From: Tricharina praecox
Lineage: Eukaryota
Length of the DNA stretch: 64,000 nucleotides
NCBI RefSeq assembly: GCF_024521635.1
Contig: NW_026250408.1
Location: forward strand, 806,001-870,000
Reading direction: 5' to 3'
The notes below the pieces were generated by a model, which had not been told where the DNA came from, made no database searches, and saw only the letters and a list, made by a program, of their open reading frames with translations. Made by a program: the position numbers and the translations under genes. This document shows, piece after piece, positions 52,825-64,000 of this stretch. Positions within the stretch are counted from its first letter, which is position 1. Each line of letters opens with the position of its first letter.

Positions 52825-53695
52825 ATGTCCGGCCCCCAAACACCCACATCAACGACGGCGACGACGACGACGATCACAATAATGACGCCCGCGCTGGCGG
52901 CCGCGAAGCGTGCGCTGCGTTCTACAATGAAAAAGACCCTCTCGCAGCTCCCCGCGTCGCTGGTCCAATCGCAGTCGCAAGTATGCGTGAAGACGTTTCT
53001 CTCGCTGCCAGAATACGCGGCAGCCTCGCGCCTCAGCGTGTACCTCTCGATGCCGCAGAAGGAAATCGACACTTCGACTATCGTCGAGCACTCGTTGAGC
53101 AATGGTGGGAAGCAACTGGGAACCGGCAGTACATATTACATGCGGACAGACGGCTGAATAATTACGCGCGCATGCAGACAAGCACGTTTATGTACCCTAC
53201 ATCCACCGGCGTCCCCCCGGTCATGCTGCCTCGACTGCGGCGACATCCCGCCCGGCGCCCCCGGGTCTGATGGACATGCTTGCGTTGGCCTCGCTCGAGG
53301 ACTACCACTCCCTCCAACCCGACTCTTGGGGAATCCCCACGCTCCCCGAAGACTCGATCTCGTCGCGGCAAAACGCGCTGGGCGACGCCAAACATGATAC
53401 AACACTGGACTTGATCGTGATGCCGGGAGTAGCGTTCGACGAGAGCTTCAAGAGGCTGGGACACGGCAAGGGTTACTACGATTACTTTCTGACGCGGTAT
53501 AACATGGCGAAGAAGGAAAGCGGGAAGAAGATGCCGGTGCTGGTTGCGCTGGCGCTCGATTGCCAGGTAGTGCCGAAAGATGAGGTGCCCGTTGATGGAA
53601 GTGATTGGTTGGTAGATATCATTGTGACGGGAGACGGGAGATGTTTGCGGAGGGAGAGTCTGAAGGAAGAGGATGAAGGTATGGTGCCCAATTAG
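52825..53695 (+). CDS. FAU1: 5-formyltetrahydrofolate cyclo-ligase
   Basis: AKRALR, SVYLSMP.KEIDT, intron 53105-53177, WGIP, LDLIVMPGVAFD..RLGHGKGYYD. Confidence 0.92.
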
Positions 53696-54141
53696 TCCGA
53701 TGGGCATCGTTAGCCTTGCTCCACTAGCTGCTGGTGCCCAATGCATCTTTGCCTTAGTGATACCGATCATTTTGGTCGGTTGATGCGATGCGGGAGCGTG
53801 TATTTTAGATATCTCTGTTTACTGGTGTTCTTGTTTCGATTGGGGAATCTCAAAGCATGCCGATACGGAGGGCATGTTTTTACGGCTAGCACAACATATA
53901 TCTGATACAGCGTGTAAGTATTTACGGCCTCGCCTGTATACAATCAACCTCTCGCCCGCCTCTTCCATCCATCCCTCTGCGTGCTCAACGCAATTGGCAC
54001 TCTCTCCTCACTCGTTCCCCGCCGTTTCATCACAAGGCCGGACAGCATAAGGGCTGCCATGTGGGACCCAATCGGTCGGCGTAGAACCCGGAGCGGCGAA
54101 CGAGAACATGATTAAACCCCGTCTATGCTCAATGCTCACAT

Positions 54142-55074
54142 TCACCCCATCCGTCGTCTACTCCTCTCCGGCTCCAGCGGCGTCCTCCCTCCCTCGCCTT
54201 CCACCTTATCCACCCTCCTCTTCCTCAATCCAGTGTGTCCAACAGGCATACCATCCTCCCCAAACCTCGTCGGCAGCGGTTCCTTATACTGCACGCTCCT
54301 ATCAAAGTCCCCCAAGCTCTTATACGGGCTCCTGAGGAATGCATGAATCTCGTGACAAAAAATCTGAGCATTCTCCCTGCCCAACAGATCCGCGAGCATA
54401 TCCTCGGCGGCGCCGGTGGCACTCTTGAGATCGATCGTCTTCAGGATCGCAAGGATATACTCGAGAATGAACTCGCGATTATCCGCCGTCCACTCGAACA
54501 CCTGCAGCTCGCGGCGGATGAACGTTTTTGCGCGCGACTGCAGCTCCTCGTCGTCGCGCACCATGCGCGGTGTGTAGGAGCGGAACCGCGAGATCCGGTT
54601 CGAGCCTACGTGCAGGCTCAAGAGTCGGTTCCTGTAGACGTGTCGGCGCTGGAGGATCGCCGTGTCCGTGGTTACGGGAGGGGGACGGTGCGGTGCTGGG
54701 TGGTGGCGGCGACGGGTTGGCGAAGGTCGTGAGCTTGAGGGCGCGGCGGCGGGGGGTGGAGGGCGTGGCGGGTCAACGCGGTGCTGGGTAGATCCTATTA
54801 GCTACAGTAGGTCAGTGGTGAGGAGGGAAGCGCACACCATAACACTCTTCCCCTTGTCCTTATCGAAGACCTGGACATGGCTGACCGCCGCGTTGCAAAG
54901 AGGACATGTTTGCCGGAGCTCGAGCCAGTTGATTAGACAGATGTAGTCGTATGGATGGCGACAGGGCAGGGCTGTCGACGGCTCTGAGATCTCGTCGAGG
55001 CAGATTACGCAGGGGTTTTTGGATGCTGTACTTTTGGTTCCTAAAGGTAGAGGGAAAGGGACTTTAGTGTTCAT
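54142..55074 (-). CDS. Topors-like RING-finger E3 ligase
   Basis: RING CVICLD..PCRH.YDYIC..W..TCPLC; one intron; C-terminal RRHVY..LHVGSNR, FIRRELQVF, HEIHAFLRSPY..FDRSVQY. Confidence 0.8.
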
Positions 55075-55526
55075 AGCGGGGATGTTGCGTGATGGTGAAG
55101 CTTTAATGGTAGATGGTGCACACGGACAATCCTGGCTCACCACAAGCTGAACTGGGTCGAGACCAGGTAACGTGACGTTGGAGGAGGCGAGTGGGATTTT
55201 GTGAAGCAACACGGTGGATGGAGAACACCAAGTGCATGAGCAAGAGACTCGGGCTCGAAGTTAAAATAATAAATGCTGCAGAAGATGTCGCATTTGTGTC
55301 ATGTAACAGGATATTTATGTTATGTGGGATTGGATGGAGCGCATTTTGGCGAAGCATTGATTCAGCTCATATACAGGTCAACTGCAGACAAAAACAACCT
55401 CACATCACGGTCTACAAGATGCCAACGATGACTCTCATCTTCGCGGAGTTGTTTTTAATTAAAATGCGGAACGCCACCGAAAAAAAAAGGAACCCCACGT
55501 TTCTCCATTTGCCCCATCCGTTTTTT

Positions 55527-56661
55527 TTACCAACCGGCGGTAGCTTCCGGCGCAGTGGGCTCAGCACCCCACTCAGCGGCGGGCTCAGCATCCCAGCTGG
55601 TGGTGGCACCAGTAGCCTCAGGCGCGGCGAATGCAGCGGGGCCACCAGCAACCTCCCAGTCTCCGCTGGTGATAGTAGCGTTGAAGCCACCCTCAGCAGC
55701 AACCTCCTCAACAGGGACGGTCTTGTCCGCCTCCTCGATGGGCTTCTGGTCCTCGGCCTCAGGGTCGCGGTAGAAGTAGAGGTCGACCATGACATCCCAG
55801 CGGTCTTCTCTTGAGGCGATGGTTCCGCGAAGACGGAGGACCTCACGAGCCAACATCCACCAGATCAGACCGATCGAGTGACGAGCCTTGTTGTTGGTTG
55901 GGATCGCGATGTCGACAAACTCGGTGGGCGAGTCGGTATCGCAAAGAGCAATAACCGGGATGTTGACGTACGAGGCCTCCTTGATGGCCTGGGCATCGTT
56001 ACGCGGGTCGGTGACGATGATCAAACGGGGCTCGCGGAACGAACGAGTGATGTAGTTGGTGAAGTTACCGGGGGTGAAACGACCGGCAATGGCGGTGGCA
56101 CCAGTGTGGGCGGCGTACTTCAGGACGGCACGCTGTCCGTAAGGACGAGCAGAGACGGCGCAGACATCGGCGGGGTTGTCAATGGTAGCAATGACACGGG
56201 CGGCCAACACAATCTTCTCCCTGCAAATCCCCAAGGTAATCAGCACAACTGTGCTATGGAGGATATTCCGAGTCGGGAAATTGTTGAGCTGAATCGTTTC
56301 CGACTTACCAGGTCTTGCCAATGTTGATGATGTTGATACCATCGGGCCTGGTCTTGTAGAGGTAAGGGTCCATGTGCACCTATCACACAGCATTCGTTAG
56401 GAGCCGTCCAGAAGCTCGTTCGCTTTGAGAGATATCCCCACCTGCAAGTTCTTGGATCCCATGTGGCACTGAGCGCTCAGGAGCATCTCCATGTCCTCCT
56501 TGGTCGCATTGAAGATGCTATAGTTCTCCCATCAGCTCCATGTTCCATCTTCCATTTCCCCCTCAATTCCTCCACCAACCCCCACCATCACCGCCATTTT
56601 CACCATCTCTTTCTCGCGACCGGGGGAAATTTACGTACGCGGGCAGGTTGTTGGGCGACAT
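55527..56661 (-). CDS. RPS0: 40S ribosomal protein S0 (uS2)
   Basis: [60 protein letters not shown]; three introns. Confidence 0.97.
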
Positions 56662-56827
56662 GATGGGTGGCTGATTTTTGGGTTTGACGAAGGGTGGATC
56701 TGCCGGAGGGAGGGACGGGGGGCGGAGGTCGGGTTGTCGCGGGGGGTGCTTCACTTGCTCGTAGATTTGGCGATACTCTCTGACTTTCCACTCCAAAACG
56801 GGACCAGTGTTCGGTTCTGTGTGGTGT

Positions 56828-56850
56828 GGGTAGGGTTGCAGCTGTGACCG
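56828..56850 (-). promoter_or_regulatory. Homol-E-like (GGGTAGGGT) and Homol-D-like (TGTGACCG) boxes upstream of RPS0
   Basis: Each is a near match to fungal ribosomal-protein promoter elements (ACCCTACCCT, CAGTCACA); adjacent, ~170-190 nt upstream of the ATG. Confidence 0.5.
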
Positions 56851-57340
56851 TTTTTCGCCCTGCGATAAGATGTGATTGATAGAGAGATAGACTGATAAGA
56901 GCGCAGTTGCTTGGCATTCTCGTTCGAGACTGGTGTGTTGCACAGCCTTCTTACGCGTAAGCCTCGCAAACGCCCAGGGCTTAGTGCGCCACACTTGCGT
57001 CAAGCTGTCTGCGCGCACAGCCAGTGATGTTAAAGGAGAAGCTACATATCTTCACTTTGGCTTCTCTGACATGGCATGTTCTCCCCTTGATTCCCCAAGA
57101 CGAACCAAGTAATCAAACGGTCCTCACATCCTCTTGAGCCATTGTTGCACTTGAGCTAGACAGCCTTACTGCGCCCACATGACTTTCCAACGCCGTTCGC
57201 CAATTACACACCAGAGGTAACTTTATCGAATCCCTCGTGCTCAACCAAAAGCCAGTCGCAGTTTCACGGAAAAAGTTAGATACATCGTAACTCAGTTGGG
57301 GGCCAAGTACGATCCCCTGTTGCTTGTAGGAATGGCTACC

Positions 57341-57348
57341 TATATAAA
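57341..57348 (+). promoter_or_regulatory. TATA box of the chitinase gene
   Basis: TATATAAA ~180 nt upstream of the ATG at 57527. Confidence 0.55.
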
Positions 57349-57526
57349 CACTTGAGGTTCTCTTCACATCATGGATTTGCGATCCACTGTCGGTTCAGCT
57401 GTGCGAGGAGTTATCCTACTATACTTCACCTTCCAGTCCTACTTCCACCAGTTTCAGTCGCGACACAACCCTATATCCCCACCGCCATCTCCCCATTCAT
57501 CTGAGGATTACCGATCAATCGCAAAT

Positions 57527-59043
57527 ATGACTGGTGGATACAAAACCGTCGGTTACTTTACCAACTGGGTCTGTGGGCCACACACCACGGGGATTTCTGC
57601 TGTACCGTGCTGGACTGACTGTGTTCAATCTACAGGGCATCTATGGTCGTAATTTCCAGCCTCAAAATATCCCGACTCAGCATATCACCCATATTCTCTG
57701 TAAGCATCTTTGTCCCGAGTTTCGCAATTGGATTGGTTCTGACCCGCTGTACAGATTCTTTCGCCAACGTCAGACCAGAGAGTGGTGAGGTGTACGTTCC
57801 CCGAACCTGCTGAGATGGAGAGATTTCAAGGTTAACATTCATTCCCATCACAGTTATCTGAGTGATACATACTCGGACCTCGAGAAGCACTATCCCTCCG
57901 ACTCGTGGAATGACGTTGGGTGAGCACATCTCCCCGCCATCCCCCCGACAGGCACCATCCCCGCAGCGCGCTAATTTTAACCGCGTGCAGCGTCAACGTC
58001 TATGGCTGCATGAAGCAGCTCATGCTGCTCAAGAAGCACAACCGCCATATGAAGACCCTCCTCTCAATCGGAGGATGGACCTACTCGGCGCACTTTGCCA
58101 ATCCGGCGTCCACGCAGCAGGGACGGTGCACTTTCGCCAGCACCGCCGTAGCGCTGATGAAGGATCTCGGATTCGGTACGTCCTTGCGCACACCTCTGTC
58201 CACATATATACGAACCAACATGCTAACTTCGATTCCACAGATGGCATCGACATAGACTGGGAATACCCACAGGACGCCACGCAGGCGCAGAACTATGTTC
58301 TCCTGCTCGAAGAGACCCGGCGCCAAATCGACGCCTACTCCGCGCAGCACAATGGGTGCAAGCGCATGCTTCTCACCGTCGCCGTCCCCGCCGGCCCGGT
58401 TAACTACCAGAAGCTGCAAATGGCAGCTATGGACCGGTACCTTGACTTTTGGAACCTCATGGCGTACGATTTCGCCGGCGCCTGGGACGCCACCTCTGGC
58501 CACCAGGCCAACATATATTCCTCGAGCACGGACCCGTGCTGCACGCCCTTCTCCGCCGACGCCGCGGTAAAGGCATACATCGCGGGCGGCGTCTCGCCGC
58601 ACAAAATCATCCTCGGCATGCCGCTGTACGGGCGGGCCTTCGAGAACACGGACGGCCCCGGCAAATCGTACGCCGGCTGCGGCGAGGGCTCGTGGGAAAA
58701 CGGCATCTGGGACTACAAGGTGCTCCCGCACGCCGGCGCCGCCGAGTGCGACGATGACCAGCTCCTCGCATCGTACACGTACAACCCGTCGACGAGGAAG
58801 ATGGTGTCCTACGACACCCCGCGCATGGCGGCCCGCAAGACTCAGTACTTGCTGAATAACCACCTCGGCGGCGCAATGTGGTGGGAGCTCTCCGGTGATC
58901 GCCATGTCTCCGATCCAAAGAGTTTGATCGCTACCACGGTCAATAAGATGGGCGGCTGTAACGCGCTGGACCGTGAGGAGAATACGATATGCTATCCGGA
59001 TAGCAAGTATGAGAACATGCGCGCGGGATTTCCCGGCGAGTAG
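57527..59043 (+). CDS. GH18 chitinase, subgroup A (ChiB-like)
   Basis: [38 protein letters not shown], catalytic [10 protein letters not shown] intact, [16 protein letters not shown]; five introns. Confidence 0.95.
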
Positions 59044-60582
59044 AAAGTAGGGTGGGAGGGTGGAGGGTGGAGGGTGGAACAAATGTGTCTAGAGTAATTT
59101 TCTTTTTCTTTTGTGCAAAGCATAAACTCGAATTCCGTTTGACTGTTGATCCGACTCATCGTCCAAACACAACGTCTTCTTTCCATCATTTAAACACAAA
59201 GTTCTCGTTTTCATCATCATCATCACCCCCTCCATCACATTACAACACATCACACAAACTCACTCATCCACCGTCACCCACCCACAAGTTACAACGATCA
59301 AACGGCCAAATGATCGGCGCAAAATACGTAGCTCGCGATAACGGGGCGGGGGAGGGGTCGAATCCAACCCGATGAATGACGATCCCAGCCTGGGCAGCAG
59401 CGTCACTTCACCATCACCGCTCCTCCAAACCCCCCAGAACAGCAATGAAAAGTCAAGGCAAGACAAGCATTGCATAAAGTGCAAAAGTTAGTGGCCACAT
59501 CTACCGTACTATGCCGTCCTCCCCACCCACCACCTCCTCCCGAGCGCTTGGTTTGGTAGGTACATTTCAGCCCGTGTGTACCCTCACAGTAACTTTTAAG
59601 CTTAACGTAACGTAACGCATGTTAACGTGGCCAATCCAGCCACATGGAGTATCATACTTTTCTCTTCTCCTCTATACGAATAGTCTACAATAGTAGTACA
59701 CAAACTCAGTACTTACTTCCTGCCTACTTCCTCCTTGCTTTACCACGCCCGGTCGATACCTCCAAAAAAAAGTAAAAAGCAAAATCCCAAGCCCGGAGCA
59801 AAAAAATCAAAACCCCACCCGTTTGCCGGCCGCCAGGCGTCAGGCGTCAGCTGCAGGTCCCGAGCGACGACGAATGATGCGCGCCTAGATATGTATCCTG
59901 CCTGATGGCTGGCCGCTGGTGAGATACGCGGTGGGTGCGGAGACTGCTTCCGTACCCAATCGGTATGTTCCATCAGTTCCACCACCACGTCTGGTTGGCT
60001 TGGTATGCTTCAATGCTCCGTGACTCCGTCCTCAGACGTAGCCGCTGGTGCACAATGCACATATCTCCAACATGCCACACCGCGCATGACCACGATGGCA
60101 TGACCACGATGGGCTCTGGTGCGGTGCGGTAATTGGAAGCGGTGCCAGCAGGTACCGTAGTTTGTTCACACGGCATACGGCATATGGCATATGTATGACA
60201 TACGGTAAGCGGAATGACAGCCCTTGTTTCTAAACCATCGTCGACTCTCAGCTCTATGATACCGCCCCTCCCGGCTCCCCTCCCCTCCCTTCTAATCAAC
60301 CCCTTCAATCCAATCATCTACGCAGAAGTACTGCCATCCACATGTTGCCAACGGCTACTTGCTTACGGCCAGGTAGCAGAGCGAGCAAGCAAAACGCCGG
60401 CTGGGAAGTGGTACAGATGGCGTTCACTCAGAAACTCCCAAAAAAAAAGGAATTACATGCGAGTAATCAAACAACGCGGAGAAAAAAAAACGAATCGAGG
60501 AAAGGAAACATGAAATGTCTAATATTAACCAAACCATTTGCCGCGGACAGCTGTCATAATCATTGGTTGCAAGCTCCTTAAA

Positions 60583-62490
60583 CTAAGGCATTTCATAAGG
60601 CTCCAACTTATAGCTTCCCGAGTTCAACCCCTCAAGAGCCTTCCTCCCCTCCTCACTGAGATGTGGCTGGCCCACCCTCTCAGCCATGTCCTCGAAGAAC
60701 CTCGGTTTCCAATCAATCTTCTTCTCCGCGCGCTCCGCCGTCAACTCCCGTTGCCGCTCTTCGATCTCCTGCTTGACCGTCGTGGCACGTCCGTAGTCCT
60801 TCGCGTGGATGGCTTCGGTGACTTTCTCCCACATCTTGCGGGACTCGTTGGCCAGCTGCTCTTCGGGCGCCGGGCAGATCTTGGCCACCGGGAATAGAGG
60901 ATCCAGATCGATGAGAAGGTGCCTCTCCTGCAAAAAAACATACCGTGTCAATTGGATGTGCGAAACGGAAAGGTTATGGGTTCGGACGTACCTTTGAGCC
61001 GGCTAGGGTGTAGTACAATTGATTCATCCAGGAGCCGTCAATTTTGGCGATGATCGCCTTCGCCGGGATGCCCTTGAGTCCCTCGAGGTTTTCGGTGTCC
61101 TTGTCGTACCGATATACCACACCTTCCACTCGGTGTTTGGCTTTGCCCAACCAGCCGTCCCCGAGATATTGGAGGACACAGCGGATCTTGGTCTTGGCGC
61201 AGGTGATGTACGAGACGTCTTCGACATACACGGCGAGGGTACCTCGCAGCAACCCACCGAGGTGAGCAGCCGGATGTGTCAACCTGTAAGACTCGTCTCC
61301 ACGGTTGCGAAGCGTGATGAATATCCCGAGGTTGTGGATTCCGGGAGTCACCTTGATCGATGTTCCCGTGAATTTCGCACTAATCTGGAGCAACATAAAG
61401 TATCACTACCGTGTTCGTGCACAGTGAAACGGTTCCTACCTACCTGATCGTAGCCATTTGCACTGATGCCTTTCTCGGGGCAGTCAATGTAGAAAGCGGA
61501 CACCGGCGGGTGGTGCGATGTCTGCTCGGTGAGGAACGAAACCCGGGCCAGCTGTGGCGCACTGGACGCGGTGGAGGGGGTTATGGTAGCGGGGGCTTTG
61601 CTGGACACCGATTTGATTGACGTAGGCCGAGATTCCGTGTTGAGTGGAGGGAGGGTTTCTTGGACGTCCCAACTACACTGATAAACCCGTCAGACGATCA
61701 AACCTCAACCACAACCGCCACTGCCATCCGCAACTTACCCTGAAGAATTCGCCGAGCGTGGAGTTATAAGGCTACGAGACAGATGTTAGAAGCTGTAGCA
61801 TTCCGCGGACTCAAGATTGATGCTCCTCACTTTGCATGGCTTTCCCTTGATGAATTTCTACAGCCAAGTAGCCGCGTCAGCAGTTGCCCAGACCGGGGCT
61901 ACCATTCTAGCCAGGACGCCTACCAAGTCTTTGGTGAACCAAAATCTCAACACCGCCAAAAATCTTCCGACTTCATCGTCCGAATCGCCAATGCTGCGGA
62001 CGTTAGAACACAGCTCGTCGTAGCTCAATCAGACCACATCGTCTAGTTACCTGGCAAAAGTTTCCGGCCGGTCGAGGTAGTTCCAGTACTCTGCGATACG
62101 TAAGTCGCGAGCCAACCACCACCACCACCACCGCCGCCGAGCACAAAGGTATGCGTACCGAGGTTCGGAACCGGTTCGAGAAGCTGGCTTGGAAGCGAAA
62201 ACCGTACGGAGGCGATATCGGCCACGCCGATGAACCGCCGCAAGATACCTAGTAGAACCCTTCAAGAACAAATTACGTCAGCCGCGTTCCCACAGCCGCA
62301 ACTTCCCCCTCCCCTCCCCGACCACATCTCTCTCTCTTTCTCGCGTCGCGTACTTAAGCTTCGACTGGTTTTCGGCATCGGTTCCCGAGCTGGAGACGGT
62401 GCCAGGGGTTGGCGTTTCGGGGGGTGACGCGACTTTGGGCGATGTAGTGGTGGCGGTCGTAGTAGTGGTGGTGGCGGCCGGTTTGTCCAT
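60583..62490 (-). CDS. Oxysterol-binding protein homologue (short OSH, ORD only)
   Basis: VRFSLPSQLLE, KPYNSTLGEFF, signature EQTSHHPPVSAF, C-terminal KQEIEERQR..WKPRFF; multiple introns including 27- and 33-nt exons. Confidence 0.92.
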
Positions 62491-64000
62491 ATTTCTTTCT
62501 TTCTTTCTTTCCTTCTTTCTTCTCTTTCTTTCCTTTCGTTCGTTCGTTCGGACGAGGTGCGAAGGAGGCTAGGTACTACCAGATGCTGCACGAGGGAAGG
62601 TGCAGTTGAAAACGGGTGCTGTGAGTGGAGGAGGGAAACTCAGGGGGGTGTCGGCGGCGCTACACGTTGTATTTAGGCTTGTTCGATCGAAACCTCGCGG
62701 GAGATGTCGACAGCAAATTTGATGGTGTGGTGTGTGTGGGGGGGGGGGATGATGGAGGAGCAAAAGGTGTGTCGTCCGTGTTGAGGATCGAAGCTGCGGA
62801 GGAGGCGGAGGAGGAGGAGGAAGAGGAGCAGGAGGAGGAGGGGGTACTCGGTCGGGGGGCCAAGGAGCTTCAGAGAGTTTAGTACTTCCTTCGGTCCTTG
62901 TGACGCCCCGTCGGTCGCTATTCGTTGAGACCACGCCTTTCGCTGGCAGCTTAGCGCCTTCAACGGCTGGGCAGCACCGGTGTTATCGGCACGGCGTGTC
63001 ACTCGCAGTGCCAATACCCTAGGTACCTAATCTGCCTGCGCGGGCGCGGCGGGAGGGGGGGAGGGGTACCTGAGGAAGGGTAAATGTTTATACACGTCTC
63101 ATGAGCCGCTATGGTACATGACATGTCAAGCATATTCCACATAAGCATATCTTTAGTGCTACTCTATGTAGCAAACCCGGCAGGTAGATTACTTTCGGTA
63201 TGTAACTACACACGCAGTGAGCGTTTCTTCAAGCAGGAGGATATGTGTCCTCAGCCATTGGGCGACATTGCCCAGCGATTCAAACGCCTTTGCGGGGGCT
63301 TCATGCACGCCGGTAGTACACGCAGCTATGCGCGGGTAACTATCATAATTTCCAGAAGTGCAGAGCACATGGTGGGGCGGAAAGGGACAGGTGGTCTTGG
63401 GCCGCTGGGCTTCGTGAAACAGTAATAGAGTTGTTAATTGGTACATGGACTCCGAGCGAACGGTCAAGACTCAACACCTCGGTTTCTCTATGTAGCCGAG
63501 AATATTCGCATATGTAAGGCCCTGTTTGGTTGTAAACTGCATTTTGAATCTACCACACAAAACTGAGATGTAATTTGAAACCGTGAGTTTCCGGGCAATA
63601 GGTGGGTGACCGTTCGACACACCGCCCCAAGTTAACAGCTTGAGAAACTGCATATTGTCGACTGAGCCACAATTTTACAAACAAACTCTACAAACAACCA
63701 CCATTACATACCATCTTATATAGCCCCGAAGTCAGAAAAAAGCGCGGCCCGGCGTACTGTTGAACATCTGTGTTTCCGAACGGGTCATCACCAGGGGAGT
63801 TGAGAGTTTGCAGCTGCAGCTGCAACTTTGGTACTCTACTACCTATATCTAACCTTCAACTCGTCAAAAACCGCATATTTTGAAACCGCAGTTGACAACC
63901 GAACAGGGCCTACTATAAATCGTTCCGGACGCCTGACCACCACCACCACATCCGTGGGCCCATCGGGGCGAGGGGGGGCGGCCGTGCCGGTCGGCCAACC

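Noticed and set aside
59340..59375. tRNA T-arm-like GGTCGAATCC
   Set aside because: No cloverleaf or A-box could be built around it
63100..63700. Possible transposon remnant (lower-GC block with short ORFs)
   Set aside because: No transposase/RT motifs, terminal repeats or target-site duplications recognised

Overview
Eukaryotic nuclear DNA from a filamentous ascomycete (Pezizomycotina-like). The genes have short GT-AG introns with CTRAY branch points, so the six-frame ORF track breaks most of them up. I reconstructed 20 protein-coding genes by hand: NAA50-like GNAT, Slm1-like PH protein, Wsc1-type wall sensor, Whi5/Nrm1-motif protein, YIL108W-like metallopeptidase-jacalin protein, SmE, kinesin-10-like motor, eIF3e, Img2/mL49, Swi1 ARID, Jid1-like J-protein, DENND6-like, CHO1, HNT1, Csr1-like CRAL-TRIO, FAU1, Topors-like RING, RPS0, a GH18 chitinase and an OSH protein. 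The left ~43 kb has long, microsatellite-rich intergenic regions and long leaders; the right ~20 kb is compact. I found no tRNA, rRNA, CRISPR array or intact transposon. Best leads: (1) an intact metallopeptidase-jacalin gene whose HExxH zinc site is absent (candidate pseudo-protease/lectin); (2) a Sec14/Csr1 gene with a weak-context upstream ATG adding a mitochondrial-presequence-like segment plus a hydrophobic segment (candidate dual localisation), near PS synthase and an OSH gene; (3) a similar two-ATG layout in the chitinase; (4) ~1 kb AUG-free, intron-containing leaders on SWI1 and WSC1. All family assignments come from motif recognition; no database searches were run.
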